The notes under the pieces are model-generated. The model was given only the letters and a program-made list of their open reading frames with translations. It was not told where the DNA came from and did no database searches. 64,000 nucleotides of DNA from contig NOWV01000188.1 of NCBI GenBank assembly GCA_003344405.1, forward strand, positions 1-64,000, read 5' to 3'. Of the stretch, positions 12,172-26,200 are shown piece after piece. Position 1 is the first letter of the stretch, and every line of letters starts with the position of its first letter. The position numbers and the translations under genes are program-made. The DNA is from Trichoplax sp. H2. Its lineage: Eukaryota.

Positions 12172-15100
12172 TTACGCTAAACGTTGTCTAAGCTTAACAA
12201 TTTCATTGAAAACCTCCCTAGTCACAGGAACTTTTTTACCTTGATCAATGCATATATAGGCTTGATCTGTTGATTTGCCATTTTGTCTGGCGTTGGTTAA
12301 TTTTAAGCTTTCATGCCCATTAAGAGAACAAGCTAATTGCTTTTGCAGCATATCAACGACCATAGATTGGATATATTTTGGGTCAATGTTGAAAATTTTA
12401 TTGGTTGGGCGTATTTTATCCGAATTGAAGTTGGTCTTACAAATCGTTTTTTCATTATGTCCTTCTATATCTGAATCCAGTGACGAACTAGATGCCAATG
12501 AAGTGACGCGGTAGAATTTTGATGATACAATAGTACTATCACTATCTGACGAACGGGTATCGCATCTACGAATTTTTGATGCTCCTTGATTGAAACTAGA
12601 GTTTTCATTATCTGAATCCGTTTCTTCTCGTGAAGGCCAACCACCATCTGATACATCGGAGCTAATCGAAGATGGATAGCTAGTGGCGGGTCGTCGATAA
12701 GTATTCGCTTTATCTTGTCGTAGTGAGTTATGACTTTTTATATCTAGCGATGACGAGTTACATGAAGAGTGTTTTAATCTATTTTTAGTGTTGGCAATCG
12801 TATGATCGAGATCATCTGTAACTGAATAATTCTGTACAGATACAACTTCTGTATAAACAGGGCCAGGAGGCTGAATTGATCTGGAAATCTCTGTGGTATT
12901 ACTATTGAATATTTTAGAAGTATACGAAACAGCATCCTTACATATATAATACTTAGTTTTACGTGAATGTCTAGATTCTACACTTGAGCAGGATAAGTAG
13001 CAGGATTCTTCTTCTGAGCTTAACGACGGTACAAATTCGTCTGCAGTTTGTAATGCAGTTTCATCATCAGAAGATATTTGAATAATATTAGGATTAAATG
13101 TACTAATAATGGATACATGCGTTTGACTCTTTACCTTGCTTGGAGAATATTTCGGTCCTTCGTCAGCAGTCAGTAAGATAGTATCACTACCGGAAGAAGA
13201 GTAATCCACATTACGTGCAGGTACAGAGTTCAATACCTGTGTTTTGCCATTATGGCGATTTTCTCGCGATTGGCTCACTTTGGGTTTAAAGTGAGACTTG
13301 ACTTCAATCTCGAATCCACCTTCTTCTGCAGTTAACAATTCTACATCTTCAGTGGATGAAGACGGTGATTCTGGCCTAGTTGATGCTTCTCTGTATGATG
13401 ATAATTCCGAATAATAATTGGGGCTCTTATTAGTGGAGTGAATTCCTGATCGTGCATTTAATTGTGAAGATCCATTAACTGAATATTTGATTCCAGTTTG
13501 TTCTTGTAGGTCCATTAGTCTTTTATTTTGATTTCGATTATCTGGCATAACCATTCTATTTGGAGTGTTACTGCTAACCATATTTGTACAATTTTGGTAT
13601 GTATGGAAGTTATCTCTTGTGCCAATTCGGTGACTAGAATTATTGCCTATGGATTGTGATCTATAATTAGCTGTGGGAGTAACACTACTGGTCAATCGAG
13701 TAGAGTGCAATTGTGGCATAGTGCTTTTATTTAAACCAGTCTGTTGTATTATATGAGCTTGAGCCGATGGCTTTTGATTGGAACCTATACCATTAGCGGT
13801 GTAAAGTTTTTCAGCATGATTTTGTTGAGGATTAGGTGCTAATATTCTAGAATGATGTGTATTAATTTGGGGCTGTTGAAACTGAATAGTGTTAACTGTA
13901 CTGTTGTTTCCGGAATACCGGCTAGTTTTAGGAATTTGGTCTGTAATGTAACTTTTGTTGCTGTTCTTCAATAAAACGTACTGATAATTTTGACTTTCCG
14001 GATTGCCTCCCAAACTTGGACCTCTTCGTTTTACCACCACTGATTTGGCTGACGTCGGCGAGACTAGGTTGGATGGCGTGAAATTAGCGTGTTTATCAGG
14101 AGAACGGGCAAGAGTAGGATAAAATTGGTATGACGGAACTTGTGCTCTACTAACCTGTCGGTCTGTAGCTGCCGCATTATCGGAAGGCATGGATGAAGGC
14201 GTACCTGGAGCAGATTTGGATCGCATAATTTTCCATAAGCTATCTTTGTTTTTTTCGCTATCAGGCTTAGATAATTTAAGTTGCGTAGATAACTGTTTAA
14301 GTAATGAAGTTGAAGAATGACTCTTATGGCTTTTTATAGGTAAGCCACGACGATCAACATGAGTTTTGGTCATAGTTGTTAGATCTTCAGATGTATCGGT
14401 ATGCCCTTCATTATCATTATAGATTGGTACATATCGTTCGTTATGCTTTGAGATTAAGGTATCAATTGGAACCATAACCACATCACCAAAAGGTGATGTG
14501 ATAGTATTTTCTGGAATATTTCCTTGTCTTTCATGGATATTATTAGTGAGTGGGCTACGAGAATTGTAATTCTGTGATATTACTGGCGAACGACCTGACT
14601 GAGAATGTCCAGATGAATTGGTTGTCGACAGCTTATCAGCAGCTCTTGTTATAAATGCCTTACTTCGATCTGAACCAGAAATACTAGAATTTTCCTCCCA
14701 TCCAAGAATAGAGCCTAAATTTTGTAATCGGGATACTAATTGTTGATCTTCTGTTGTATCACTTTCAGGCTGATCCAGATACATGGCTTGTTTAGCTGTA
14801 GCCATATCTCGGTACTGACCACCTAGGTTATTTTGAGGTATTTTAGAAGATAACGTACTTGTACTACTTCTTTGATCTAATCCATTAACTGACGAATGGA
14901 TAGATACATTATTAGAAGTGGCTTGATCTGAAAACGTTATTAAGTCACTGTTAAGGATATCATCCATAGATCTTTGTTTGGTATCCCTACTGACTTGGGG
15001 GCTAAATTTATTTCTAGGATTATGATGTGTTGGGGCTTCTTCTAAATCCACATCATAGTTGAAATTCTCAGCCATTACTTGATTCTTGTTCATAGTAAAT

Positions 15101-18100
15101 TCGTTATGATCATCTACTCTAATTAATTCATGATTATGATCGTGAATATTATAGGCAGAGTCGGATTTTCTATTCTGTATGAAATCGGTAGAGTCAGAAA
15201 TTGGAATTTCATTTCGTGTCCTGGTAACATGTTCAATAGTTCGCTGGTGTAGTCTTTTCTGTCCATTAGTTAAAGTTCCATTTACAGGTACACTATCAAG
15301 CTGCTTTTTGGGATTTGAATAATTTCTTTTATTGACGATATTAGCCGATGTATTGAAATCATCAACTTTAGTATCATTGGGGATCGATACAGCAGTTGGT
15401 AATATAGTATAGGTATCTTGGATACGATTGTTGGTAGATTTCTTAGGTGATTTCTTGTGTTTTATATTTGGCAATGCTTGTCCGTCACTTGATCGACGCG
15501 TATTACTTTTCCGGAAAGGATCTTTAGCAGATGTTGTCTGATCGCTAGCATTTAAACCAATAATTGGAACGATAGCTGATGTAATACAATCCGCTACTTT
15601 ATGTATTGATAATTTTCCACTTTGTGGTTTATCATGATCTTTATCAAGATCTTTGCTAGTCTTACCAGATTTTATAACTTTATCTTCAGGTGTATATTTG
15701 ATGTTACGCTCTCCTGAATTCTGTCTCGTATGCTTCTGCAATATCGAATTTCTGTTAGCGTTCGACACTGGTGCCGATGTATCATGAGACAACTTTTGAG
15801 ATTTATTATTGCGCCCACGTAGCTTCTGATTGATTAAAGTACTATCAACAAGAAGAGAAGACACTATGCTACTAATCCCTGAAGAACGAGGAACAGCATC
15901 AGTTCTTGATTTTGCGTGATCGCTTGATTGGTAAGATCTCGATGCCAGTGTTTCTGTATAAGCACTATGGCGTCGTGAAAGAGCTTTCTCGCGATTGTTA
16001 ACTGGAAGTTTTCGACGGGAATAGCTTACTTCATCCTCACCTGGCGTAATACGTTCCGCTGAATGTCTTTTTTCCCGAAGATAATTTTGGCTGTTATTAG
16101 CGATCCTTAATTTGGGCTGGTCGCTAACATTACCCCACTCCAATTTGGAAATTTTATTCGCAGTAACTTGCTGAAAAGTCTGATCAGATGCTAAATTTGC
16201 CTCCGTTTTCGATGTTGGAACCCGATGTTTCAGATGTCCTGATAGTTTGGCTTGCAATTCAGCAAAAGGTGTACTAGTAGATGAGTTTTCCTTACTTAAT
16301 GAGTGCTCTTGATCGATGCTGTTATTGGGGGCTCTGCTTTTGCGGATACCGACCGATTTATCGTAGTTCACGTTTGCAATATCATTGAAGGTTACAGCAT
16401 CCTTTGGAGTTGATGTTTCGGGTCCTTGAAATTCATTTTGGGGTACGCGGGCTGAGACATTTTGAAAACCTGTATCCATATCAACCAATGTATTTGGTGA
16501 TACATATAATTCTTCTTCTTGAATGTTGTGTGATTGGATACCTCTATCATTAGAAACATCTAACAATTTATTTGGTGCATCATCGAATTTCAATAAATTC
16601 ATTTCATCGTCATAATTCATGGACAGAATCTTATCAAGGACAGCTGTTGAGTATGCCTTCCTATTACAATTATCAAATTCTTCTGCTAGAACGTCGATTG
16701 CATCATCGAAAGAAATTAAATCTTTAATGCCAGTTTGATTATCCTGCGCTTGATACGATGGCTGTTCTGCAGCATTTTCGTTATGCCAATTTAATCCCTC
16801 TTGTGTAGACCAATAGGATGCTTCAACATTCTCTGGCCAACTAAGCTGTTCACCATGAGAATTTTGGGTATCAGACTGATTGAAACCTTCGGAAATCGGC
16901 GGTAACCTGCTTGCACTGTTGTCACTATCAGGCGCAACGAGTTGATGAAGATTTTCTACATTGATTAATTGACTGTTATTCGTATCCATACTAATGCACG
17001 TATTCCAACTAGCATCATTTTCACTTAAAGAGGATACCATTTCTGTATTTTTTTGAACTTCAGGGCTTGATGATGATATATTATAATTACCTCTGTTTAC
17101 CGCCTTGCATGGCACAGCTACCATGATATCGGCATTTTCGTTTGCAGGCATTGCTTCATTAATTTCAGGGTAATAGTTTTCACTAGCCTCCATATCAATG
17201 TTATTACCAGGATTTAAATTTGAATACTCGCAGTTATTACTCTGTTGGATGGAAGAAATTGGGTATTCCTGACTACTATGGTTTATAATTTGGTACTTAT
17301 CAGCCATTTCTATTTCTTCCCCTTGATTAGAGATTCGATTGGAAGTGCGTTCTTCATCACGTAGATATTGCACGTACTGGGACTTGAGTGAATCATTTTT
17401 AGGAAAACAGTTTTGGATTTCATTGACTTGATTTATCTGATTTTGCATGACTTTTTGATCGTTCTCTTGCAATAAGATATGGCCTTCTGTATCGTTATTT
17501 CGATCGAAGTGCAATTGAGAAGCACTCCTTTGACTTTTTAACATGGTATAGTTATGATTAGTGCTTTGTGGGTTAGTTATCCAATCAATATTGTCTATGA
17601 CAGTGTCAGTACTAAGTTGTTGGTCTGCCATTACTCTTCGTCCGTTTTCCTCTAAAAATTCCGCAGACGAACGAGCCTGTTGATCTCGATAATTAATATC
17701 ATAGTCAATTAGTGCGGGCGAGTAAGGGCTATCATCTTGGTTTTCTACTTTCTCGTTAGTACCTGGTGAATGCATCTTAAGATTATTATTCAATTTCGCA
17801 GATTGTTTCCTTGCTGCGCTTGTCTGATCTTGAAGCGCTGCTTTAGACTCATGATCCAGCCTTGGCATCGATCTTTCAATATATTGATATGTTTCATGAT
17901 CTGTAATAGAATTTTGGGCATCGGGAATAATCTGATCAATTACTTGAGTATCATAAAAGTCCAATGGATGGGATTGACCTCCACCATCTTTCTCCTTTAC
18001 TGCATTATTTTGAAATCTTTTAACCAATTCTGGCATGTACTTTTCAACAAACTGAAGGAAACGAAGTTGATCTGGACTCTGATCTAGAGGGGCAATTGGA

Positions 18101-20220
18101 GGTTGATTGCCAGCTTGGTGATTTAGTACATCCTGATTATCCTTTTGTGAATTAGTAAAATTGAAATGCATTAATACGGTCTTGTTGGTAATGTTTAGCT
18201 ATCTTATGAGATCTACGTCCATAATTGGCTAAGTCACGAACCTCCGTGTTACTATAGCCTCCGACAAAAGATTCAAGATTAGCTGTATGATCCAATCTTT
18301 CTCTATTCTGTTCTACTGATCGTAATCCATTTTCACTATCCAGCTCAGGCGTATGCTTTCTAAGTAGTTCACGAATACTACGCTCATCTTGGGTAATGTT
18401 ATCAATGTTGGAGTTGCTATAATTTCTTACTGTAGGTTTCTGCCCATCTAATTCTGTAGTGCTTTTTATTTGTGTATCGCGATTGCGATTTTCGTTAACT
18501 ATATCTGATAAATGGCTATTCTCTAATTGACGAAATTGTGATCGATCTTGCAATTGGCTCAAATTTGGGGAATTGGTACGCTTGGCAAGTGATGATGTTC
18601 TATTTTGACTATCCTCATTATTACTATTTTTGATAGCTCGCATTTCGTTTCTAATACGCTGGCGTTCCCGTAACAAATCTTGAGAATAACTTTGTTGGTT
18701 TACAAGACGATCTTGAGTAGCGATATGGTCTGGATTGATATGTTGATATTGCCTGAATGTTTGCGCATCGGTATCTTTCTTCGAGACGGCATTATATTTT
18801 CCTTTTGTTTCTACTTTAGATTTGACTGCTTGGTTAGAATATCCTTGTTGATCCTGGTATCTCCAATGTGATTCAGTAGTTGGCTTTTCGATTTTAATGG
18901 TGGAAGAGCCAAATTTATCTTCGTATTCTTTCTTACCCCTAGGATAAAGGTGTTCGCTACTGTTAACATCTCTTACTGGCTGTAATTTTGCTTCATTTCT
19001 AGTGATTTCCGAAGATTCATCTGGATTTGGAAATTTGTCTAAAACTTCGTTGCTATTTGCCATCGCTGAAGATTCAACACCATGTTGCTGATCCTTGTTC
19101 TTCATTTGATACATTCTTATTAATTCAGGCATTTGTTGCTTAATAAAATCCGTAAACTTGATAGGCTGAGTTTGCAAAGGTGCATCTGCTTTGTTGAATG
19201 TTTCCGTATTCATTTGCAGATTCATTGCTTGCTGTAGGGGTCTTGCTGCTGGCAACGTTGGATGTCTATTAATATTCTGATGACTGGATATAGCCGAAGC
19301 AGAATTAACGCGTAAAATACCTTTGCCTGTTCTGGTTAACTCTCTTTGCTTCTGTTGGTCAGCACTACTTTGTTTTGAATTTTGACGACTTTGTGATTGA
19401 TTAGATACGTATTGATTGCGCAATCGAATATCATTACCTTTATCGTCGCGGATATTTGGCTGATGTAAATTATCAGTATCAAGCGGATTTTGATGACTTC
19501 TAGGTCTAGATCTTTGCTTATCCATAGTACCAACAGGTTGATATAATCGTTGAGCTTGCTTATTCATAGCCACTTTTAAGCTATTGCTAGGATACTGACT
19601 TTTAATGACAGGTGCACCTTTCTGAAATTGTTGAGCACTTGCTGTAGATGAAGCCACGTCTATCTGCTGCTTAGATTGATCATGATTAAATTTGTCGGTG
19701 AAATTGCTTCTGGTTACACTGTCCATCAACATTTGGGTTGGTTTGATATTTTGGTTCGCAGGATTTTGTTCTTGATTTTGAAAATGAACTCGTACAGAAT
19801 CTTTTTGTCCATTATCGGCATTGCCATATGTTCGATCTCTCACACTGTACTGATCATTCTTTTGACTATTTAGGTTATTTCCTAGTCTAGATATGTCACT
19901 TGAATTAATAACCCTTTTCTCTATATTTTTGAGATTATGTTCCTGGTATACGTCATTTCTTCCATTTTCTCCTACGGACTGATTGAAATAGACTCTACGA
20001 TCACTTTTCTTCAATTTAATTTGATTATCATTGTCTTCATCTAGGTTTTCATCAATAACTGAGGCATCAGCCGTTGTTACAGGAACAATATCATGTATAT
20101 CGTTATTTACATTTTCATCAGCAGACAGCCTTTCTTGATTATTAGCCTTTCGAGCCTTGCCCTTCGATTTCGATAGGATTAGAGCTTGATTCTTTTTGTT
20201 ATACGCTATTCTGATTTGTA
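12172..20220 (-). CDS. Giant low-complexity (S/N/Q/D-rich) tail of the BCR homologue: 728-aa and 1999-aa ORFs probably joined by a ~100-nt intron
   Basis: Stop-free ORFs of 2.2 kb and 6.0 kb in AT-rich DNA; the first is continuous with the end of RhoGAP. Candidate intron GAG|gttcgt (18241) ... tactaat ... ag| (18142 or 18133) restores the frame. Confidence 0.7.
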
Positions 20221-23200
20221 AGCATGTCAAAAATACTTCAGAATGCGTAATAGCAAATTTAACTTGTTTTTCTTTATCTGTTGTAGTAGCGCGCATAAAC
20301 ACCGAACCAAAAACGGTGGACAAGCTTCGAAAGCTCATCCTATTACTAACTTCATTTCTTCCAACCCTAGTATCAAATAGATATGATACCGTTGTTTAAT
20401 TTCCTTTAATAATACCAGTTTCAATAACGTTAAATGAGCGTGAAGGGAGAATGAGAACGAAACGGTAACTTAAAGCTACAGCTCATGGATCATGATATCT
20501 ATATTGCAGTATCATACTCCTGTATTTATGGTCAACTTCTTCAATCAATAACAGTAGTTATTACGTTTACGATTATATTTGTAAACTAACATACTAATTA
20601 GTATACGCGGTTATTCTCCAATAAAAGTTAATTTAAACTTGCAGAATCAGTAGACCTATTCTATACTGCATTTGCTATTCCTATCATTTAGGACCTTCTT
20701 GTATCTATTATGCAATACTAAGAAAATCGCTTACAAATGAACCCCTTCTAGGTAATTAATTAATGTAGTAATATAATATATATATATATGTAAGTATCAA
20801 ATAAAGTCTAAATTGAACTATTTCTTTATATCTTCGTGTAATATAGTCTTTTACTAGATTTCTATTCTACTGGTTATGCAGTCTATAAACAAATAACTGT
20901 AAACATTTCTTAATAATATCAAATAAGTACTTAGTATCCAATTTCAACGTTTATACAATAACATAATGAATTGATCGATTGTACAAATGCTCCGAATATT
21001 TATACAAGAGCTATGCCAGCAAACTGTAAGACAATTACACTCCTTAGATTATGTAGAGCTTACTTAATGATGTGGTCTAGCATATAATAGAATGTGGTTT
21101 TATTGGGCTCTGGCAAGGACTCTAGCAGTGAATACATACGCCTTCGCTTTTGCTGAATATCCCTTAAACCTTAGAAGCAAGAATTACAACATTTATCGGC
21201 TACGACTTACCACATAACGTAATTGCTACAATTTACTAAAAATAATTTTATAGCTAAGCTCTATTACCATGTGCTTGAATAAACTGCGGATATATTGACT
21301 CTGTAATCAATGGATGGGGTAATTCATGAAAATACTGCTTCAAGATTCCGCATACTGAAAATATGTTAGCTTCATGTAGCATTCGGATTGCAATAGAATA
21401 ACCTATTAAAGATACAATCAACTTTGTCTTAATCAAAAGCGTTAGCGAAAATCTTACTCAATAAGCTATGCTATTTATACGGTACATGTTGCATGCGTTC
21501 ATTTTCTAGTAGTTTAAACGATTCATTCAAGTAATATATATGCTATACTCGAATTGATATAACATTGGTTAAAATATATCTTCCATTTGCCAATTAGCCT
21601 TGATTTCAAGAAATACTCATTATGTATTCTCAGATAGTATCATCAATATCGCAGTGCAACATAAAGCAGTGCAAAGGAATCATGTTATTATATACTACTC
21701 ACTCTTGTCAAAGGCTATTCGAAGTCGCTGCATTTCTGATGTACTGCCATTAACTCTATAAATTCCCACTTCATATAAACCTAAATTACAGATTTTAACT
21801 CCGATAAATGTCTTTAGAATTTTTAAGATTTGGACATTAATTACACATGGAACTATGGTTAGCAAAGTCGTTTGGTAGCTGATAACAGAAACCAATAATT
21901 GCGGAACTGTTTAGCAGTTACAGTAATCATTTACCTCTTCTTTCTATTTCTTCTACGCAAGTGGCTACTGCTAATGGCACCATACTACTGGCTTGCCTAC
22001 AATGTAGTATCATTCAACTAAGCTATCATGCTGCTTAAATTGTTAATTAACTGCCATATTAAGAATTAGACATACTTCATAACTTGATTCAGCTCTACTC
22101 CGAATACTGTCGTTGCGTAATAATTTGATTTGATTAAGCCCCAGTCATTCGTATAACACAACGTCAATTTAATAATACTCTAAAAAATTATAATATCAGA
22201 AATAACGAAGGTATAAGATGATTTCTAGCCAAAATCGTATACAGTATAAATATTCTCACGTAGAATAATTATAAAATCTATCGTGTAAATTGAGGAGGTA
22301 GCTAATTGCACATATAACTTTGTATAAGGTAAGTAATTCTGTTTTAAACTTACGTTATTAGATAGTCGCAAAGTAACAGAGCGAGGCATCATAACTTCCA
22401 ATCTCAATGATAATATCTAAGGGTAATAAGATTACAATTTTACTTAACGCATTCTAGTAAATAACTACCTAATACTTCTCAAGTTGTAAAAACTATTATG
22501 AAAAGGATGATCGTACAGAAATGTAAGAAAATTGCATTAGTATAGTGGATAATTTACACGTTTCGTTAGTCAATATGCTAATTAATTCGAACCTCAATAG
22601 ATGCAGAACTTAATATTTGATGTTCTTTTTTCTTTTTGGATACGCACCGAATCCGTAAAAGTTTAGCTCCTTCTACTTCAATTTCAAATTTCTAAATAAT
22701 GATCAAATCAACTAATTGTGATTAAAGAGACGATGAATTATGCCCTCGAAATAATTAGCAAATGTACGATTTTACAGCAGAAAATGATCAGCAACACTTG
22801 GCCTTACCTCGTTCCACAAAGGTATCGTGGTGTTTTTACGTGTAGCGGTTTGCGCTTTTCGTATGAAATAGCCATACGAGTCGACATCAATACTGCAAAA
22901 AAATTCTGAAACAGTATATTTGCAAAATAAGAGGCAGTAATAATTATTATACCGAAAAAAAGGATATGTTGTTATGGAATTCAAGATACTGATGATACAA
23001 TTGTTACTTGTTGGCTGAATTTTATCACAAATACACAGGTACAGTAAAATGCAGTTCAGAAAAATTTAAATCTCAATTTTTATCGCTCTTAATACAGTAT
23101 TGTATGGATATGCTATATCGGTTCGATTTCGAAGAACTATTCATGAAAGCATGTTACTACTGTAGGTTAATCATTGATTAATTAGCAAAAGATTTAATGT

Positions 23201-26200
23201 CGCATGATACCGGCTAGTCAAGTTGTAGGGCCTGCAATAATAATTAATTCAAGGCAATTCTAGCTTAAGAGCTAGCCATTATTTGGAAGTACAGCAATAA
23301 TTTATCTTAAATTAATAGTGTCTTAAATTTCAATATTTAATTTTCTGACTCAATAAATGCCAAATCTGCGTTATTAAAGTAAATTAACTCTTGCAGTGTA
23401 TTATTAGTTACTATAAATATTTATTGCAAACTAAATTTAATTACTGCAACTTTAGTCATATATTTAAAATTAATTCGTGATATCAGTGAAAGGTATTATG
23501 ATAGAAGAAGATGAAACTGATGTGGTAGATTTAGAATTCCTAAAAGGCTCACCTTCATTTCTTGGAAAATTCATACCAGAATGAATTTCAACAGTCAACA
23601 TCCCTTTCAAGTAATCAGCGTCTGAAAAAAGTTAATTATTTGAACTTAGGAAGATTTCGTTTTACCTAATTCACCATTATTAACTTAAAAGATTTGTTCA
23701 TACTATACTAATTTTAGCCGATATTGGCAGTTGAATGCAACAATGACGATAAGAATTTTCAAATGCAATAAAGATTCAATAGTGAACAGTATAATGGCTA
23801 TAAGATTGAAATTCAAAATCATCGTTTTACTGGTAAATTAACCTTTCCGTATTATTTGTTCCGCAACCATTTGGACCGTGGTATCCTAATTAAATGTTAT
23901 TGCAGTCAATTTTCGTGAGAGAATAGTTATCAGTCAGATGATTAACGTAAATTAGTAAAAATTATCGATTTATGTAGCTTATAATTCAAATGTAGGGCTA
24001 AAATTGTTGCAGAGTAAGACGTCATTATAGATGCCATTCAAACTTACAGGTCTAATTTGGGATAAAATTGAATTAACAACTTGGCTTGATATTGAGTAGA
24101 TAGGTCTTGTAGCTGATTAAAAATACATCGTTTATGCAAAATTCTTGATCAATGTTCGTAATAAAGAAGCAGAGATCGTGATTGCTTATTTTAAAGTAAT
24201 GAAATAAATAGCAATATACCTAAATGAAGTATATCAATTATAGCAGATTTCCATTCCTCGCGATCATCTTCATTTAGAAATAGCAGCACATAGCACTATG
24301 TAATTGATAGTAACTTTCAGTTACAATACCGTTCATTTTTTAATAAAAAATGTTTATCAAATCTTACTTGAATTTCATCAATAATATTAAACTGGTATTT
24401 TTTTTAAGTGTCACATCGTTAGCGTTAGTTTCAAGTTAAATATCGGATTGTCAGCTGAACTGGTATCAGCTATTTAATGTATAGCTGCTACTCATAAATG
24501 GTACTACTACTCTATCGTGATATCATATCTATCTAAAGAACGTTTTATGTAGTTTTATCATTGGAAGCATACTGAATAACTTTCAGCTATTAGTAATTGA
24601 AGTAACTTAATTAACATTTTCATAAATATCAGTTACAGTGAAACGATCTTATATAAATTCTTTAGGACCTTAGTAAGCAGATACATTCATTAAATGTATT
24701 CTAATATTATCGTTAATATCTTTAAGTCCANNNNNNNNNNNNNNNNNNNNTAATAAAAAATGTTTATCAAATCTTACTTGAATTCCATCAATAATATTAA
24801 ACTGGTATTTTTTAAGTGTCACATCGTTAGCGTTAGTTTCAAGTTAAATATCGGATTGCCAGCTGAACTGGTATCAGCTATTTAATGTATAGCTGCTACT
24901 CATAAATGGTACTACTACTATTTAAAGGAGGAAATAATGCCAGCAAGTATTTAAATAAGAATTATCCTACTTGGAAGAAAGTCTATCGTGATATCATATC
25001 TATCTAAAGAACGTTTTATGTAGTTTTATCATTGGAAGCATACTGAATAACTTTCAGCTATTAGTAATTGAAGTAACTTAATTAACATTTTCATAAATAT
25101 CAGTTACAGTGAAACGATCTTATATAAATTCTTTAGGACCTTAGTAAGCAGATACATTCATTAAATGTATTCTAATATTATCGTTAATATCTTTAAGTCC
25201 ACAATTCTTGAATTATATTGGTGTATCATGAAACGGTTTATTTCTTTAAGGAAGAATACCTTCACTAAACTACCTTCAGTAAAGCAAATTTTCTTCCGTA
25301 TGATGCATTTATGCTCTAAGCATCAGGTGATTATAGTCTAGATTTTACACCTAATCTGATCACTGCAACAGGTATTCCGAGGACTTTCTCATACGTATGA
25401 AATTATTAACCTCGATGAATAACACATTTGTCCTACCTTTCCATATTGTTCATACACTCGTAATGGATAGCACGACGAGGCTAATACTAACTCTTCTAGC
25501 TAGTTTATCCGTGTCCAAATTTAAGAATGCCATAAAAATTTAGATTAATAATGTCAGTTTTATTTCAAAAACCATGTCAGAGTTTATTGAGAACAGGTCA
25601 AAGTAATAGCATATGCGTATTTTACAAATACTGACTCTATATAATTTCGAAAACGATTTAATGTTAGATAGATTTATACCTGCTGGCCCAACTTGTTGTT
25701 TAATTTTACCAATTGTCTAGCAATTTGTATCTTTTTGACTGGCTTATTATTATTTGCAGTTTGGCGCTTAGTTGATCGTATTTCACTTTTGGTAATAGCA
25801 ATACTGGCTTTAATTTTATTAACTTCCTTTTTACTAGCCGCAATTGCATTTTCTGCTTGTATTTGGGCTATATTAGAGATAATTTTAAATGTTAAAGAAG
25901 ATCCAACTAGAAGCTGCTATACAACAGGAGTAGAGTTATTAAAGTTATCTTTGTAAAATCTTACGGCTGTAGAATATACTTTTTTTGCTTATCAAAATCA
26001 TTACGCTAAAAATATTAGAGCTGAACTGTATCTTATAAAGAAAATAAAACGCTATTTCAAGTTATTACGATCAATTTAGTCGCAAACTATTCGTCATCGC
26101 CAGGTAATTGCTTAAATAATATAAGCGACAAGGAGTCATTTACACTATGATGACAGAAATCATGTTGCTCTCCAAAGCTTTTATATCAATAAAATTGCTC

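Noticed and set aside
18152-18171. Programmed ribosomal frameshift between the 728-aa and 1999-aa ORFs
   Set aside because: No convincing slippery site or stimulatory structure; a canonical ~100-nt intron explains the shift.
24341-25201. Real tandem duplication inside BCR
   Set aside because: It abuts an N-gap and lies in an intron whose flanking exons join in phase; most likely unmerged haplotypes.
25693-25956. Hydrophobic 87-aa + strand ORF resembling a membrane protein
   Set aside because: It is the antisense of a Lys-rich BCR PH-region exon.
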